This document shows, piece after piece, positions 55,576-63,498 of a DNA stretch of 64,000 nt. Origin of the DNA: Gaiellaceae bacterium (GTDB lineage: Bacteria > Actinomycetota > Thermoleophilia > Gaiellales > Gaiellaceae); NCBI GenBank assembly GCA_035265935.1, contig DATFOC010000076.1:4084-68083 (forward strand), in the 5' to 3' direction. Position 1 is the first letter of the stretch. Every line of letters begins with the position of its first letter. Position numbers and translations under genes: made by a program. The notes beneath the pieces were generated by a model. That model ran no database searches and was not told the origin of the DNA. It saw nothing but the letters and a program-made list of their open reading frames with translations.

Positions 55576-56106
55576 CTATTTCAGCGCCTCTATCCGTTCC
55601 TCGAGCTCCCGAACCCGGGCCTGCGCCCTGGCCAGCTGCTCCTCGAGCCGCTTCCGCTTGGCGGCGTTCGGGTCGGGCTTGGGCTTCGGCGGCGGCTTGG
55701 GCTTCGGCTTCGGCTTGACCTTCGGCGCCGGCTTGGCCGCCCGGCGCGGTCGCGACCGGGCGCCGGACGGAACGGCGGCGAGCAGGGGCCCGAATCCCGC
55801 CTGCTCGACGTCCTCGGCGAGCGTCCCGGCCGTCAGCGCCTTCGAGGCCTCCTTGTCGATGGAGGCGGCCCGCAGCGTCTGCGCCACGCGGGTCACGGTG
55901 GCGGCCGTAGCGGCGCCGCGCTCCTCGAGTGCCGCTCGTGCCTCCTCCGTCAGCTCCTCGACGAGCCGCCGGTGCGCCGAGTTCGCCTCGCGTAGCTGTC
56001 CGGGATCCCGGCCGCTGACGACCCCGCGCTGCGCCTTTCGCAGCTCGTCGCCGGCCTTCACGAGCGCCTTCGCCTCCTGCGGGCGGCGACGGACCGACTG
56101 GTTCAC
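55576..56106 (-). CDS. Hypothetical protein with Lys/Pro-repeat linker; true N-terminus probably lies further upstream (to about 56265)
   Basis: The ORF track starts at GTG 56106, but the same frame upstream reads ...RRASDLYGLPVEEFTKARDELAKELRNAGKKEAADEVKSLRKPSVSAWAVNQ. This is clearly coding, yet has no ATG/GTG/TTG. Confidence 0.6.
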   Translation of the reverse strand: MNQSVRRRPQEAKALVKAGDELRKAQRGVVSGRDPGQLREANSAHRRLVEELTEEARAALEERGAATAATVTRVAQTLRAASIDKEASKALTAGTLAEDVEQAGFGPLLAAVPSGARSRPRRAAKPAPKVKPKPKPKPPPKPKPDPNAAKRKRLEEQLARAQARVRELEERIEALK

Positions 56107-56251
56107 CGCCCAGGCGGAGACCGAGGGCTTTCGCAGCGACTTGACCTCGTCGGCGGCCTCCTTCTTGCCCGCGTTGCGGAGCTCCTTCGCGAGCTCGTCG
56201 CGCGCCTTCGTGAACTCCTCGACCGGGAGCCCGTAGAGGTCGGATGCCCGC

Positions 56252-56437
56252 CTAGTTTTCGGGATACGGATCCTCTGAGCTGTCCCCGCCAGAGGCGACC
56301 TGCCACTCCTGTGGGCCCTCGCAGTTCGAGCACGGCGGGAGCGACTGGACGGACCGAACCTGCAGCTCGTAGCCGCAGTTCGTGCAGCGGTATGTCCCGG
56401 CCGAGACGTCGCTTCCGACGGGTACGGGATTGGCCAT
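56252..56437 (-). CDS. Zinc-ribbon small protein (61 aa)
   Basis: CxxC...CxxC (YRCTNCGYE...PPCSNCEG) with a strong SD GAAGGAGG. Confidence 0.65.
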   Translation of the reverse strand: MANPVPVGSDVSAGTYRCTNCGYELQVRSVQSLPPCSNCEGPQEWQVASGGDSSEDPYPEN

Positions 56438-56514
56438 GATTACCTCCTTCGAAGTTTCTCTCCCCGTTCCCTGCCTCCGTTCATCGAAACAGCACGCATC
56501 GCTAGGCTCGCCCG

Positions 56515-57546
56515 ATGGCGACTCCGAACGGACTCGCGGAGCTCCATACCCATCTCGGCGGCTCGGTCGCGACCGAGATCATGTGGACGCTCGCGCACGA
56601 GCAGGGCATCGCGCTTCCGGTCAAGGACTACTGGGAGTTCGACGGGCTCGTCACAGTGTCCGACCCGCGGGGGGTCGCCGACCTGGCGGCGCTCGACCAG
56701 ATCTACAAGTGGACGGAGCTGATCCAGTCGAGCCCGCTCGCCGTCGAGCGCTCGGTGCATGCGGCGATCGGCGGGGCATACCGCTCGCAGGGGATCACGA
56801 CGCTCGAGCTCCGCTTCAACCCGATGAAGCGGAATCGGGGCGGCGAGCGCGACCTCGACCACATCATCGTCGCGGCGATCCGCGGGCTCGACCGCGCGAG
56901 CCTCGAGTACTCGCAGGTGCGCGCTGGGCTGATCCTGATGATGGACCGGACGTTCACCGAGCGGCAGAACGCGATCATCGTCGAGAAGGCGATCCGCTAC
57001 GCGCCACGCGGAATCGTCGGGATCGACATCGCCGGGCCTCGCCCGGACGGCGCGGGGCCGTACCCGTACCGCGACCTCCTTCCGCTGATCGAGCAGGCGC
57101 GGGAGGCCGGACTCGGCGTGACGATCCACGTCGGCGAGGAGGGCGGCGAGTTCGGAATCGCGGAGATCCGCGAGGTGGTCTCGACGCTGCGGCCGGACCG
57201 GATCGGTCACGGCATCCTTGCCGCGCAGGATCGCAAGCTGATGGAGCAGCTTCGCGAGGCCGAGATCGTCCTCGAGATCTGCCCGACGTCGAACCTGCTC
57301 ACGAAGGCGCTGGAGAGCGAGGACGCCGTCCGGGCCACGTTCCGCGCCTTCACCCAGCACGAGGTGCCGTTCACGATCGCCACGGACGGCCCGGAGATGA
57401 TGCGAACCCATCTGCGCGACGAGTTCGAGCTGCTGCTGAAGATCGGAGCGCTGGACGAGGACCGGCTCTCGGATGCCAATCGCCGCGGCCACGAGGCGAC
57501 GTTCATCGCGGCGGCTGAAGGCGATGAGAGTGCCCGACGCCGCTGA
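56515..57546 (+). CDS. add: Adenosine deaminase family protein
   Basis: 343 aa. AELHTHLGGS, HVGEE, IGHG and TIATDGP metal/catalytic motifs. Confidence 0.88.
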   Translation: MATPNGLAELHTHLGGSVATEIMWTLAHEQGIALPVKDYWEFDGLVTVSDPRGVADLAALDQIYKWTELIQSSPLAVERSVHAAIGGAYRSQGITTLELRFNPMKRNRGGERDLDHIIVAAIRGLDRASLEYSQVRAGLILMMDRTFTERQNAIIVEKAIRYAPRGIVGIDIAGPRPDGAGPYPYRDLLPLIEQAREAGLGVTIHVGEEGGEFGIAEIREVVSTLRPDRIGHGILAAQDRKLMEQLREAEIVLEICPTSNLLTKALESEDAVRATFRAFTQHEVPFTIATDGPEMMRTHLRDEFELLLKIGALDEDRLSDANRRGHEATFIAAAEGDESARRR

Positions 57547-58456
57547 TAGCTTCCCCGCGGCCGTGAGGCCGCTGGACGGCGTAACCGTCGTCGACCTGAG
57601 CCGCCACCTGCCGGGGCCGTTCGCCAGTCGGGAGCTCCTCGAGCAGGGCGCGCGCGTGATCCGGCTGCTGCCGCCGGGTGGAGACCCGATGGCCGACCTC
57701 GCGCCCGCCTGGCACGAGGCGATGAACGCCGGCAAGGAGACCGTGCTCCTCGACCTGAAGACCGAGCCTGAGCACGGTCGCGCGCTCTGCGCCGACGCCG
57801 ACGTCGTCCTCGAGAGCTTCCGGCCGGGCGTCGTCGAGCGTCTCGGCGTCGGGCCGGACGACCTCCCGGAATCGGTCGTCTACTGCTCACTGACCGGCTT
57901 CGGCAGCGGCGGCCGCCACGTGAACCGCGCCGGCCACGACCTCAACTACCTCGGCTGGGCGGGTGTGCTTGCAGACACGGCTCCCACGCTGCCGCCGACC
58001 CAGATCGCCGACCTTGCAGGCGGAGCGCTGACGGCGGTCACGCGGATCCTCGCCGCCCTCCTCCAGCGTGAGCGGACGGGCCGCGGCGCGCGCATCGTCG
58101 TGTCGATGACACACAGCGCGCACAGGCTCGTCTCGCACCGACTCGGCGGCGAGCCGATTCCCAAGCTGCTGACGGGCGGGCTGGCCTGCTACGGCATCTA
58201 CACGACGGCCGACGGACGCCACCTCACGGTCGCTGCGCTGGAAAGCCCCTTCTTCGCGCGCCTGTGCGAACTGCTCGAGCTGTCGGACCTGACCGACCGG
58301 CATTTCGATCCGGACGCTCAGGAGGAGATCGGCGACGCCCTCGCGGAGCGGATCGCGTCGAAGCCGCTCGCGGCCTGGCTCGAGCTCTTCGACGGCGAGG
58401 ACGTCTCCGTCGGCCCGGTCGCGACCATCGAGGAAGCTGCAGTGGAGCTCTCGTGA
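57524..58456 (+). CDS. CoA transferase family III (CaiB/BaiF)
   Basis: Starts at ATG 57524: PLDGVTVVDLSRHLPGPFASREL..., ESFRPGVVERLG and GHDLNYLG. Confidence 0.85.
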   Translation: MRVPDAADSFPAAVRPLDGVTVVDLSRHLPGPFASRELLEQGARVIRLLPPGGDPMADLAPAWHEAMNAGKETVLLDLKTEPEHGRALCADADVVLESFRPGVVERLGVGPDDLPESVVYCSLTGFGSGGRHVNRAGHDLNYLGWAGVLADTAPTLPPTQIADLAGGALTAVTRILAALLQRERTGRGARIVVSMTHSAHRLVSHRLGGEPIPKLLTGGLACYGIYTTADGRHLTVAALESPFFARLCELLELSDLTDRHFDPDAQEEIGDALAERIASKPLAAWLELFDGEDVSVGPVATIEEAAVELS

Positions 58457-60000
58457 GAACCCGGATCGCACTGCTGATGCTCTCGCTGGCCGCCGCGGGC
58501 GCCGCGACGCTTACGCTGTCGCTCGCGAGCCCTGCCACGGTCCGCTCACCGGTCCCGTGGGCGACGCTCGCCTTCTCCAAGTCAGAAGTGGCGGGCGGAG
58601 GCGTCTACGTCGCCGGGCGGGGCCGCGCGCGGCTCATCCTTCCTGCCGCCTCCGATCCGGCGTGGTCGCCGGACGGCCGCCGGCTCGCGTATCTCGGTCC
58701 CGGCGCGGGTGGCGCGGCGGACGTCTACGTCGCCGACGCGGACGGAACGAACCGCGGCCGCCTGACGGCAACCGAGCTCGAGGAGGCCTCGCCGACCTGG
58801 GCCCCTGACGGTCGGCGACTGGCGGTCGAGCGAAACGGGTCGATCGTCCTTCTGCGGGCCGACGGCGTCGAGGGCCGGACGCTCGCGCGCGGTCTAGAGC
58901 CGGCCTGGTCGCCCGGAGGACAGCGGATCGCGTTCTCCGCCGGCGGCGACCTCGTCGTCGTCCGCACCCAGGGGGGTCGGCCGCAGAAGGTGACGAGCTC
59001 GCCGGCGTCCGAGTCGAGCCCCTCGTGGGCTCCCGACGGCCGGCGGCTCGCATACGTCACGGACGAGACCGGCGCCGCCGACATCCGCGTCCTCGACCTT
59101 CGCAGCCGGGCGATCGTGCAGGTCACCGCTGATCCCGCGGTCGATTCCGAGCCCGCGTTCTCGACCAACGGCAAGCGCGTTGTGTTCGTCAGCGACCGGG
59201 CCGGCGTCGAGCAGATCGTCGGCGCTCCTGCCTCCGGGGGAGCAGCGGCACTCGTCTCCGCGATCCAGCTCCCGGCCCACCCGACCGCCCGGCCCGTCCA
59301 GCGCCCCCTCGAGCTCCTGCCCGATTTCGACCAGCAGCCCCCACGGGATCTCGAGGTGCGCCGGACCGGGAGGCGCTTCCTCCTGTGGTTCACCTCGGCG
59401 GCCGACAACGTGGGGCTCGGCCCGTTCATCGTCAACGGCCGACGACGAGGGGCAGGCGCAATGCACGCCAGCCAGCGGGTCCGGCTCACGGACGGTTCGC
59501 TCCGAACCTACCCCGAGGTCGGCGTCTGGCGCTACAACGCGACCTCCGATCACTCCCACTGGCATCTCTTCGCCTTCCAGCGCTACGAGCTGCGCCGCGG
59601 TGACGGCTCCCTCGTCGTCCGCGATCGCAAGAGCGGCTTCTGCATCGGCGACCGGTACGGCGTGGCTCCGGGCCGAATCGCGGACCGCACATTCCGGCCG
59701 GTCTTCCGGGGGTTGTGCAACCTCTACCAGCCTGGTGCGTCGGACGTGAACGCCGGAACCTCCGTCGGCTTCTCGGACCGCTACCACTCTCGCCTCGACG
59801 GCCAGAACGTCGACCTGACGAAGGTGCCGCCCGGACGTTACGTCCTCGTGAACCGTGCGAATCCGAGCGCCGAGCTCCACGAGCTGCGGTACGAGAACAA
59901 TGCGGCGTCCGTCGCGATTCGGGTCAGCCGGCCGCGAGGCCGGAGGAGCGCGCCCGGCGTGAGAGTCCTCGCGACCTGCCCGGACTCAGGTCGCTGCTAG
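58453..60000 (+). CDS. Secreted PD40 (TolB-like) beta-propeller fused to a lysyl-oxidase-like domain
   Basis: Starts at GTG 58453 (GTGA overlap). Signal peptide, repeated WSPDGRRLAY/WAPDGRRLA motifs, then DHSHWHLFAFQRYEL, RKSGFCIGD and GFSDRYHSRLDGQNVDLTKVPPGRYVL, resembling LOX copper-site and LTQ-region motifs. Confidence 0.8.
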   Translation: MRTRIALLMLSLAAAGAATLTLSLASPATVRSPVPWATLAFSKSEVAGGGVYVAGRGRARLILPAASDPAWSPDGRRLAYLGPGAGGAADVYVADADGTNRGRLTATELEEASPTWAPDGRRLAVERNGSIVLLRADGVEGRTLARGLEPAWSPGGQRIAFSAGGDLVVVRTQGGRPQKVTSSPASESSPSWAPDGRRLAYVTDETGAADIRVLDLRSRAIVQVTADPAVDSEPAFSTNGKRVVFVSDRAGVEQIVGAPASGGAAALVSAIQLPAHPTARPVQRPLELLPDFDQQPPRDLEVRRTGRRFLLWFTSAADNVGLGPFIVNGRRRGAGAMHASQRVRLTDGSLRTYPEVGVWRYNATSDHSHWHLFAFQRYELRRGDGSLVVRDRKSGFCIGDRYGVAPGRIADRTFRPVFRGLCNLYQPGASDVNAGTSVGFSDRYHSRLDGQNVDLTKVPPGRYVLVNRANPSAELHELRYENNAASVAIRVSRPRGRRSAPGVRVLATCPDSGRC

Positions 60001-60669
60001 CCCCAGCGCGGCCGGCAGCGCGAAGAGGTCGGGGAGCCGGTCTTCGGCTTCAGGAAAGGCGTCCTCCCGGTCGACGAGGAACGCCTGCATGCCGAGCGCC
60101 CTGGCGCCCTCGAGGTCGTCCTCGGGCGAGTCGCCGACCATCGCGGCCCGCTCGGCAGGGACACCGAGCCGGTCGAGCACGGCCTGGAAGATCGTCGGGT
60201 GGGGCTTCACCTTCCCGTGCACCCGGGACGACAGCGCGGCGTGCACGCGGATGCTGTGGTGCGCGAGGAACTCGTCGACGTCGCGACCCGTGTTCGAGAC
60301 GAGGCCGAGCTTCAGCCCGTGCTCACGCAGGTGGTCGAGCACCGGCAGCGCATCGTCGAAGAGGTCGAAGTTGTGCGCTTGCTCCCAGGCCTTGGTCATC
60401 TCGACCGCGGCCTCGTACGCGCGATCCGTGTCTCCGCCCATGCCGCGGATGATCCGCTCGGTGAACCCGACCCAGATCTCCTCGTCGTGGCGGAAGTCCG
60501 GATGCTTGTGGAGCCCCTCCACGGCCTTCGCGCGGGCATCCCGATAGAGGGCCGGATCGAGCTCCAGGCCGAAGCGACGACCCAGCCGCTGATACCCCTC
60601 CGGGCCGAGGTCCGGCCCCGGCTTGGCCAGCGTGAAGTCGAGGTCGAAGAGAACCGCCTGGATGTCCAT
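59986..60669 (-). CDS. HAD family hydrolase
   Basis: Starts at the internal ATG 60669: MDIQAVLFDLDFTL (DxD motif), VSNT and GDSPEDDLEGA. Confidence 0.85.
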   Translation of the reverse strand: MDIQAVLFDLDFTLAKPGPDLGPEGYQRLGRRFGLELDPALYRDARAKAVEGLHKHPDFRHDEEIWVGFTERIIRGMGGDTDRAYEAAVEMTKAWEQAHNFDLFDDALPVLDHLREHGLKLGLVSNTGRDVDEFLAHHSIRVHAALSSRVHGKVKPHPTIFQAVLDRLGVPAERAAMVGDSPEDDLEGARALGMQAFLVDREDAFPEAEDRLPDLFALPAALGLAAT

Positions 60670-60835
60670 CAGTGCCTCTGCAGGTAATGCAGCCCCGCTT
60701 CTGGGTCGTGAGCACCAAGCCAGAGACCGCACTCGCCCGCAGCCAAGGCTGAGAGCCTTGGTAAGGGCGAGGGTGGGCTCTGGCGCCGCGTGATCACGGG
60801 CCAGAAGCCGGCGTGTATTGCCTGTAGAGGCACTG
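60670..60835. repeat. Foldback element A: 166-nt long imperfect hairpin filling the whole C-N hydrolase/HAD spacer
   Basis: CAGTGCCTCTGCAGGTAAT (60670-60688) pairs with ATTGCCTGTAGAGGCACTG (60817-60835), with 2 G:T pairs. Inner helices are 60697-60704/60801-60808 and 60719-60738/60765-60784. The apex is CCAAGGCT-GAG-AGCCTTGG (60743-60761). Confidence 0.7.
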
Positions 60836-61561
60836 TTACGGCGTAGGAGTTGGCCACCGGTAGGCATCTGCCTGCCTGCTGGCCAGCGAGGGAAGCTTCG
60901 CGCGAACGTTCTCGAGCCGACGCCTGTCGAGCTCTGCGGAGATCACCGTCTCCTCGTCCGGCGCACACGCGACCACGGTCCCCCACGGATCCGCGATCAG
61001 CGAGCGCCCGTAGCTGAGACGCCCCGGCAGCGTCTCGCCGATCTGGGCCGCGGCCGCGACGTAGTACTGATTCTCGACTGCACGGGCACGGAGCAGCAGC
61101 TCCCAGTGATCCTTTCCGGTGTACAGCGTGAAATGCGCCGGAACCGTGACGAGGTGCGCGCCCTGGAGCGCGAGGATCCGGTAAAGCTCGGGGAAGCGGA
61201 CGTCGTAGCAGACGGTCAGCCCGGTGGCCCAGCCTTCCACCTCGAGGACGACCGGCTCGGCGCCCGGCTCCTCCGCGTCCGACTCCCGATACACGTGGCC
61301 GCCGACCTCGACGTCGAACATGTGGATCTTCCGGTAGAGGCCGGCGATCGACCCGTCCGACTCGAAGACGATGCTCGTGTTGGAGAGCTTGTCGCGACCC
61401 TCCCGACGCTCGGTGATCGAGCCGCCGACGAGCGTGATCCCGTGCCCGCTCGCCCAGGCCGCCATCGCCTGAACCGACTCGCCGTCCTCGAGCGTCTCCG
61501 CTGCACCATGGAGCACGTCGGGGGTGCCGATCGCGTTCCACTTCTCCGGGAGGACGACCAC
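60836..61561 (-). CDS. Carbon-nitrogen hydrolase (nitrilase superfamily); true start probably upstream (CTG at 61684)
   Basis: The ORF track starts at GTG 61561 (MVVLPEKWN). The same frame upstream encodes the conserved N-terminus ...LRVACVQLTSRDDKAANIEKAEQLVARAAATGAD without an ATG/GTG/TTG. Catalytic Cys region: GLTVCYDVRFPE. Confidence 0.85.
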   Translation of the reverse strand: MVVLPEKWNAIGTPDVLHGAAETLEDGESVQAMAAWASGHGITLVGGSITERREGRDKLSNTSIVFESDGSIAGLYRKIHMFDVEVGGHVYRESDAEEPGAEPVVLEVEGWATGLTVCYDVRFPELYRILALQGAHLVTVPAHFTLYTGKDHWELLLRARAVENQYYVAAAAQIGETLPGRLSYGRSLIADPWGTVVACAPDEETVISAELDRRRLENVRAKLPSLASRQADAYRWPTPTP

Positions 61562-61670
61562 GTCGGCGCCCGTCGCCGCCGCGCGTGCGACGAGCTGCTC
61601 GGCTTTCTCGATGTTCGCCGCCTTGTCGTCCCGGCTCGTGAGCTGGACGCAGGCGACGCGAAGCGTGTCA

Positions 61671-61833
61671 GGAGTTCGTTTCAGGGTGATGCTCGTCGTC
61701 AGGGTGCGATGGGTGGATGCCAGGCCCGGACGCAGACCGCGTCCATATCAAGTCGATATTGGCGCGGTTGAGGACGACGCCTGGCGCCGCCCAGCACGGC
61801 CTGGCGGCACAGCCTCACTCTGGAACGAGCTCC
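61671..61833. repeat. Foldback element D: 163-nt long imperfect hairpin in the divergent C-N hydrolase/MFS spacer
   Basis: Pairings: 61671-61693 with 61811-61833 (19 WC, 3 G:T, 1 mismatch); 61700-61716 with 61787-61803; 61719-61725 with 61779-61785; 61735-61744 with 61761-61769. The apex is ATATC-AAGTC-GATAT. Confidence 0.65.
61738..61766. promoter_or_regulatory. Apex dyad CGCG-TC-C-ATATC-AAGTC-GATAT-T-GG-CGCG
   Basis: In register with the dyads at 8652-8680 and 10807-10835. It lies centrally between two divergent genes. Confidence 0.5.
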
Positions 61834-61861
61834 GAGCATCCAGTGGCAGGATAGCCCCGCT

Positions 61862-63094
61862 TTGGAAGTGGCAGCAGACAGACCAGGGCGCGCACGCGCC
61901 CTCCATGCCCTGCGCAGCAGGGACTTCCGCCTGCTCTGGAGCGGCCAGACGATCTCGCTCGTCGGCGACGGAGCCTTCCTGGTGGCGCTCGGCTGGACGA
62001 GCTTCGCTCTGACGGGGTCGAAGAGCACCCTCGCGCTCGTCCTCCTTGGACACAGCGCGGCGATGCTCGCGACGCTGCTAATCGGCGGAGTGCTCGCCGA
62101 CCGCTACCCGCGCCGCACGCTCATGATCATCTCCGACCTCTCGCGCTGCGCGTGCATGGTCGTCCTCTTCGCCGTGGACGTGAGCGGCAACCTCGAGCTC
62201 TGGAGCCTCATCACGCTCGCCGTCCTCTACGGGGCGGGCGACGGGTTCTTCTACCCGGCCTACGGCGGGATCGTTCCGCTGGTCGTCGACGAGCACCATC
62301 TCGCGTCGGCAAACGCGCTCACCGGCCTCTCGCGCCAGGCCGCCTTCGTCGTCGGGCCGGCTGTCGCGGGCGTCCTCTACGGCGTCGCGGGAGCGTCGTC
62401 CGTGTTCGCGCTCAACGCGGTCAGCTTCGTCGTCGCGGCCGCGCTCATGGCCATGGCGCGCCCGCGCGGGTTCGAGCGCGACGAGCCGCAGGGCACTCTC
62501 AAGGAGATCGCCGACGGCCTGCGCTACGTCCTCGGCGTCCCGTGGCTCTGGATCACGATCTTCCTCGCCTCGTTCATCCTCATGGTCGCCATGGCCCCGT
62601 ACACGGCGCTGCTGCCTGCGTTCGTCGAGGAGCAGTTCCACCGCGGCGTCGGCTCGTACGGCACGCTCTTCACGCTCCAGTCGCTCGGCATGGCAGTCGG
62701 GAGCCTTGCGTTCGGCCAGACGAACCCGAGCCGCCGGCGCGTGATCATCATGTATCTGCTCTTCGCAGCCAATGACATCTGCGTGATCGCCATGACGCTG
62801 ACCCACTCCTTCAGCCTTGCCTGCGCCCTCGTCGCGGCGCGAGGGGTCTGCATCGGCTACGGGATCGGGGTCTGGACCACGCTCTTGATGCAGCAGGTCC
62901 CGTCGTCGAAGCTTGCGCGTGTGACGAGCCTCGACTTCTTCGGATCCTTCGCGCTGATCCCCGTGGGCTACGCGCTGACCGCAGTCGTGGCAGGGTCGTT
63001 CTCGCCTGCAACGCTGTTGTTCGTCGGATTCACGCTTTCGGCCATCCTCTGGATCGCTCCGCTCGCGTCGACGCGGGTGCGCACAGCCGCATGA
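61862..63094 (+). CDS. MFS transporter (EntS/DUF894-like)
   Basis: 410 aa. FRLLWSGQTISLVGDG, GGVLADRYPRR, 12 TM segments. TTG 61862 or GTG 61868 start. Confidence 0.88.
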   Translation: MEVAADRPGRARALHALRSRDFRLLWSGQTISLVGDGAFLVALGWTSFALTGSKSTLALVLLGHSAAMLATLLIGGVLADRYPRRTLMIISDLSRCACMVVLFAVDVSGNLELWSLITLAVLYGAGDGFFYPAYGGIVPLVVDEHHLASANALTGLSRQAAFVVGPAVAGVLYGVAGASSVFALNAVSFVVAAALMAMARPRGFERDEPQGTLKEIADGLRYVLGVPWLWITIFLASFILMVAMAPYTALLPAFVEEQFHRGVGSYGTLFTLQSLGMAVGSLAFGQTNPSRRRVIIMYLLFAANDICVIAMTLTHSFSLACALVAARGVCIGYGIGVWTTLLMQQVPSSKLARVTSLDFFGSFALIPVGYALTAVVAGSFSPATLLFVGFTLSAILWIAPLASTRVRTAA

Positions 63095-63486
63095 GAAGCC
63101 CCGAGGAGATCCTCCGCGACACGAAGACGATCGCACTCGTCGGCGCCTCGCCGAACCCGGCGAAACCAAGCCACGGCGTCATGCGCTACCTCCTCGCGAA
63201 GGGATACGACGTCATCCCGGTGCGCCCGCTCGACTGTGACGACGTGCTCGGCGTGCAGTGCGTGGAGACGCTTGCCGAGATCGACCGTCCGATCGATCTC
63301 GTCGACGTCTTCCGTCGTCCCGAGCACACCCCGGCCCATGCGCACGAGGCGGTCGCGGCCGGCGCGAAGGCGCTCTGGCTCCAGCTGGGCATCCGGTCGG
63401 AGGAAGCCCGCCGCATCGCGACGGAAGGCGGCCTCGACTACGTCGAGGACCTCTGCACGGCAGTCGTCCATCGAAAGCTCGGCTAA
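63091..63486 (+). CDS. CoA-binding domain protein (YccU-like)
   Basis: 131 aa. IALVGASPNPAKPSH, IPVRP and DLVDVFR. ATGA overlap with the MFS gene. Confidence 0.85.
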   Translation: MRSPEEILRDTKTIALVGASPNPAKPSHGVMRYLLAKGYDVIPVRPLDCDDVLGVQCVETLAEIDRPIDLVDVFRRPEHTPAHAHEAVAAGAKALWLQLGIRSEEARRIATEGGLDYVEDLCTAVVHRKLG

Positions 63487-63498
63487 CCTGTGCGCTCT

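Noticed and set aside
55671-55735. Tandem GGCTTS hexanucleotide repeats, considered as a CRISPR-like or microsatellite signal
   Set aside because: They lie inside a CDS and simply encode a (Lys-Pro)n low-complexity linker (KPKPKPKPPPKPKP). There is no spacer-repeat organisation.
60670-60835. Foldbacks as MITE, REP or ERIC-type mobile repeats
   Set aside because: The arm sequences share no similarity between the four copies. There are no obvious target-site duplications and no transposase in the window. This cannot be fully excluded without the whole genome.
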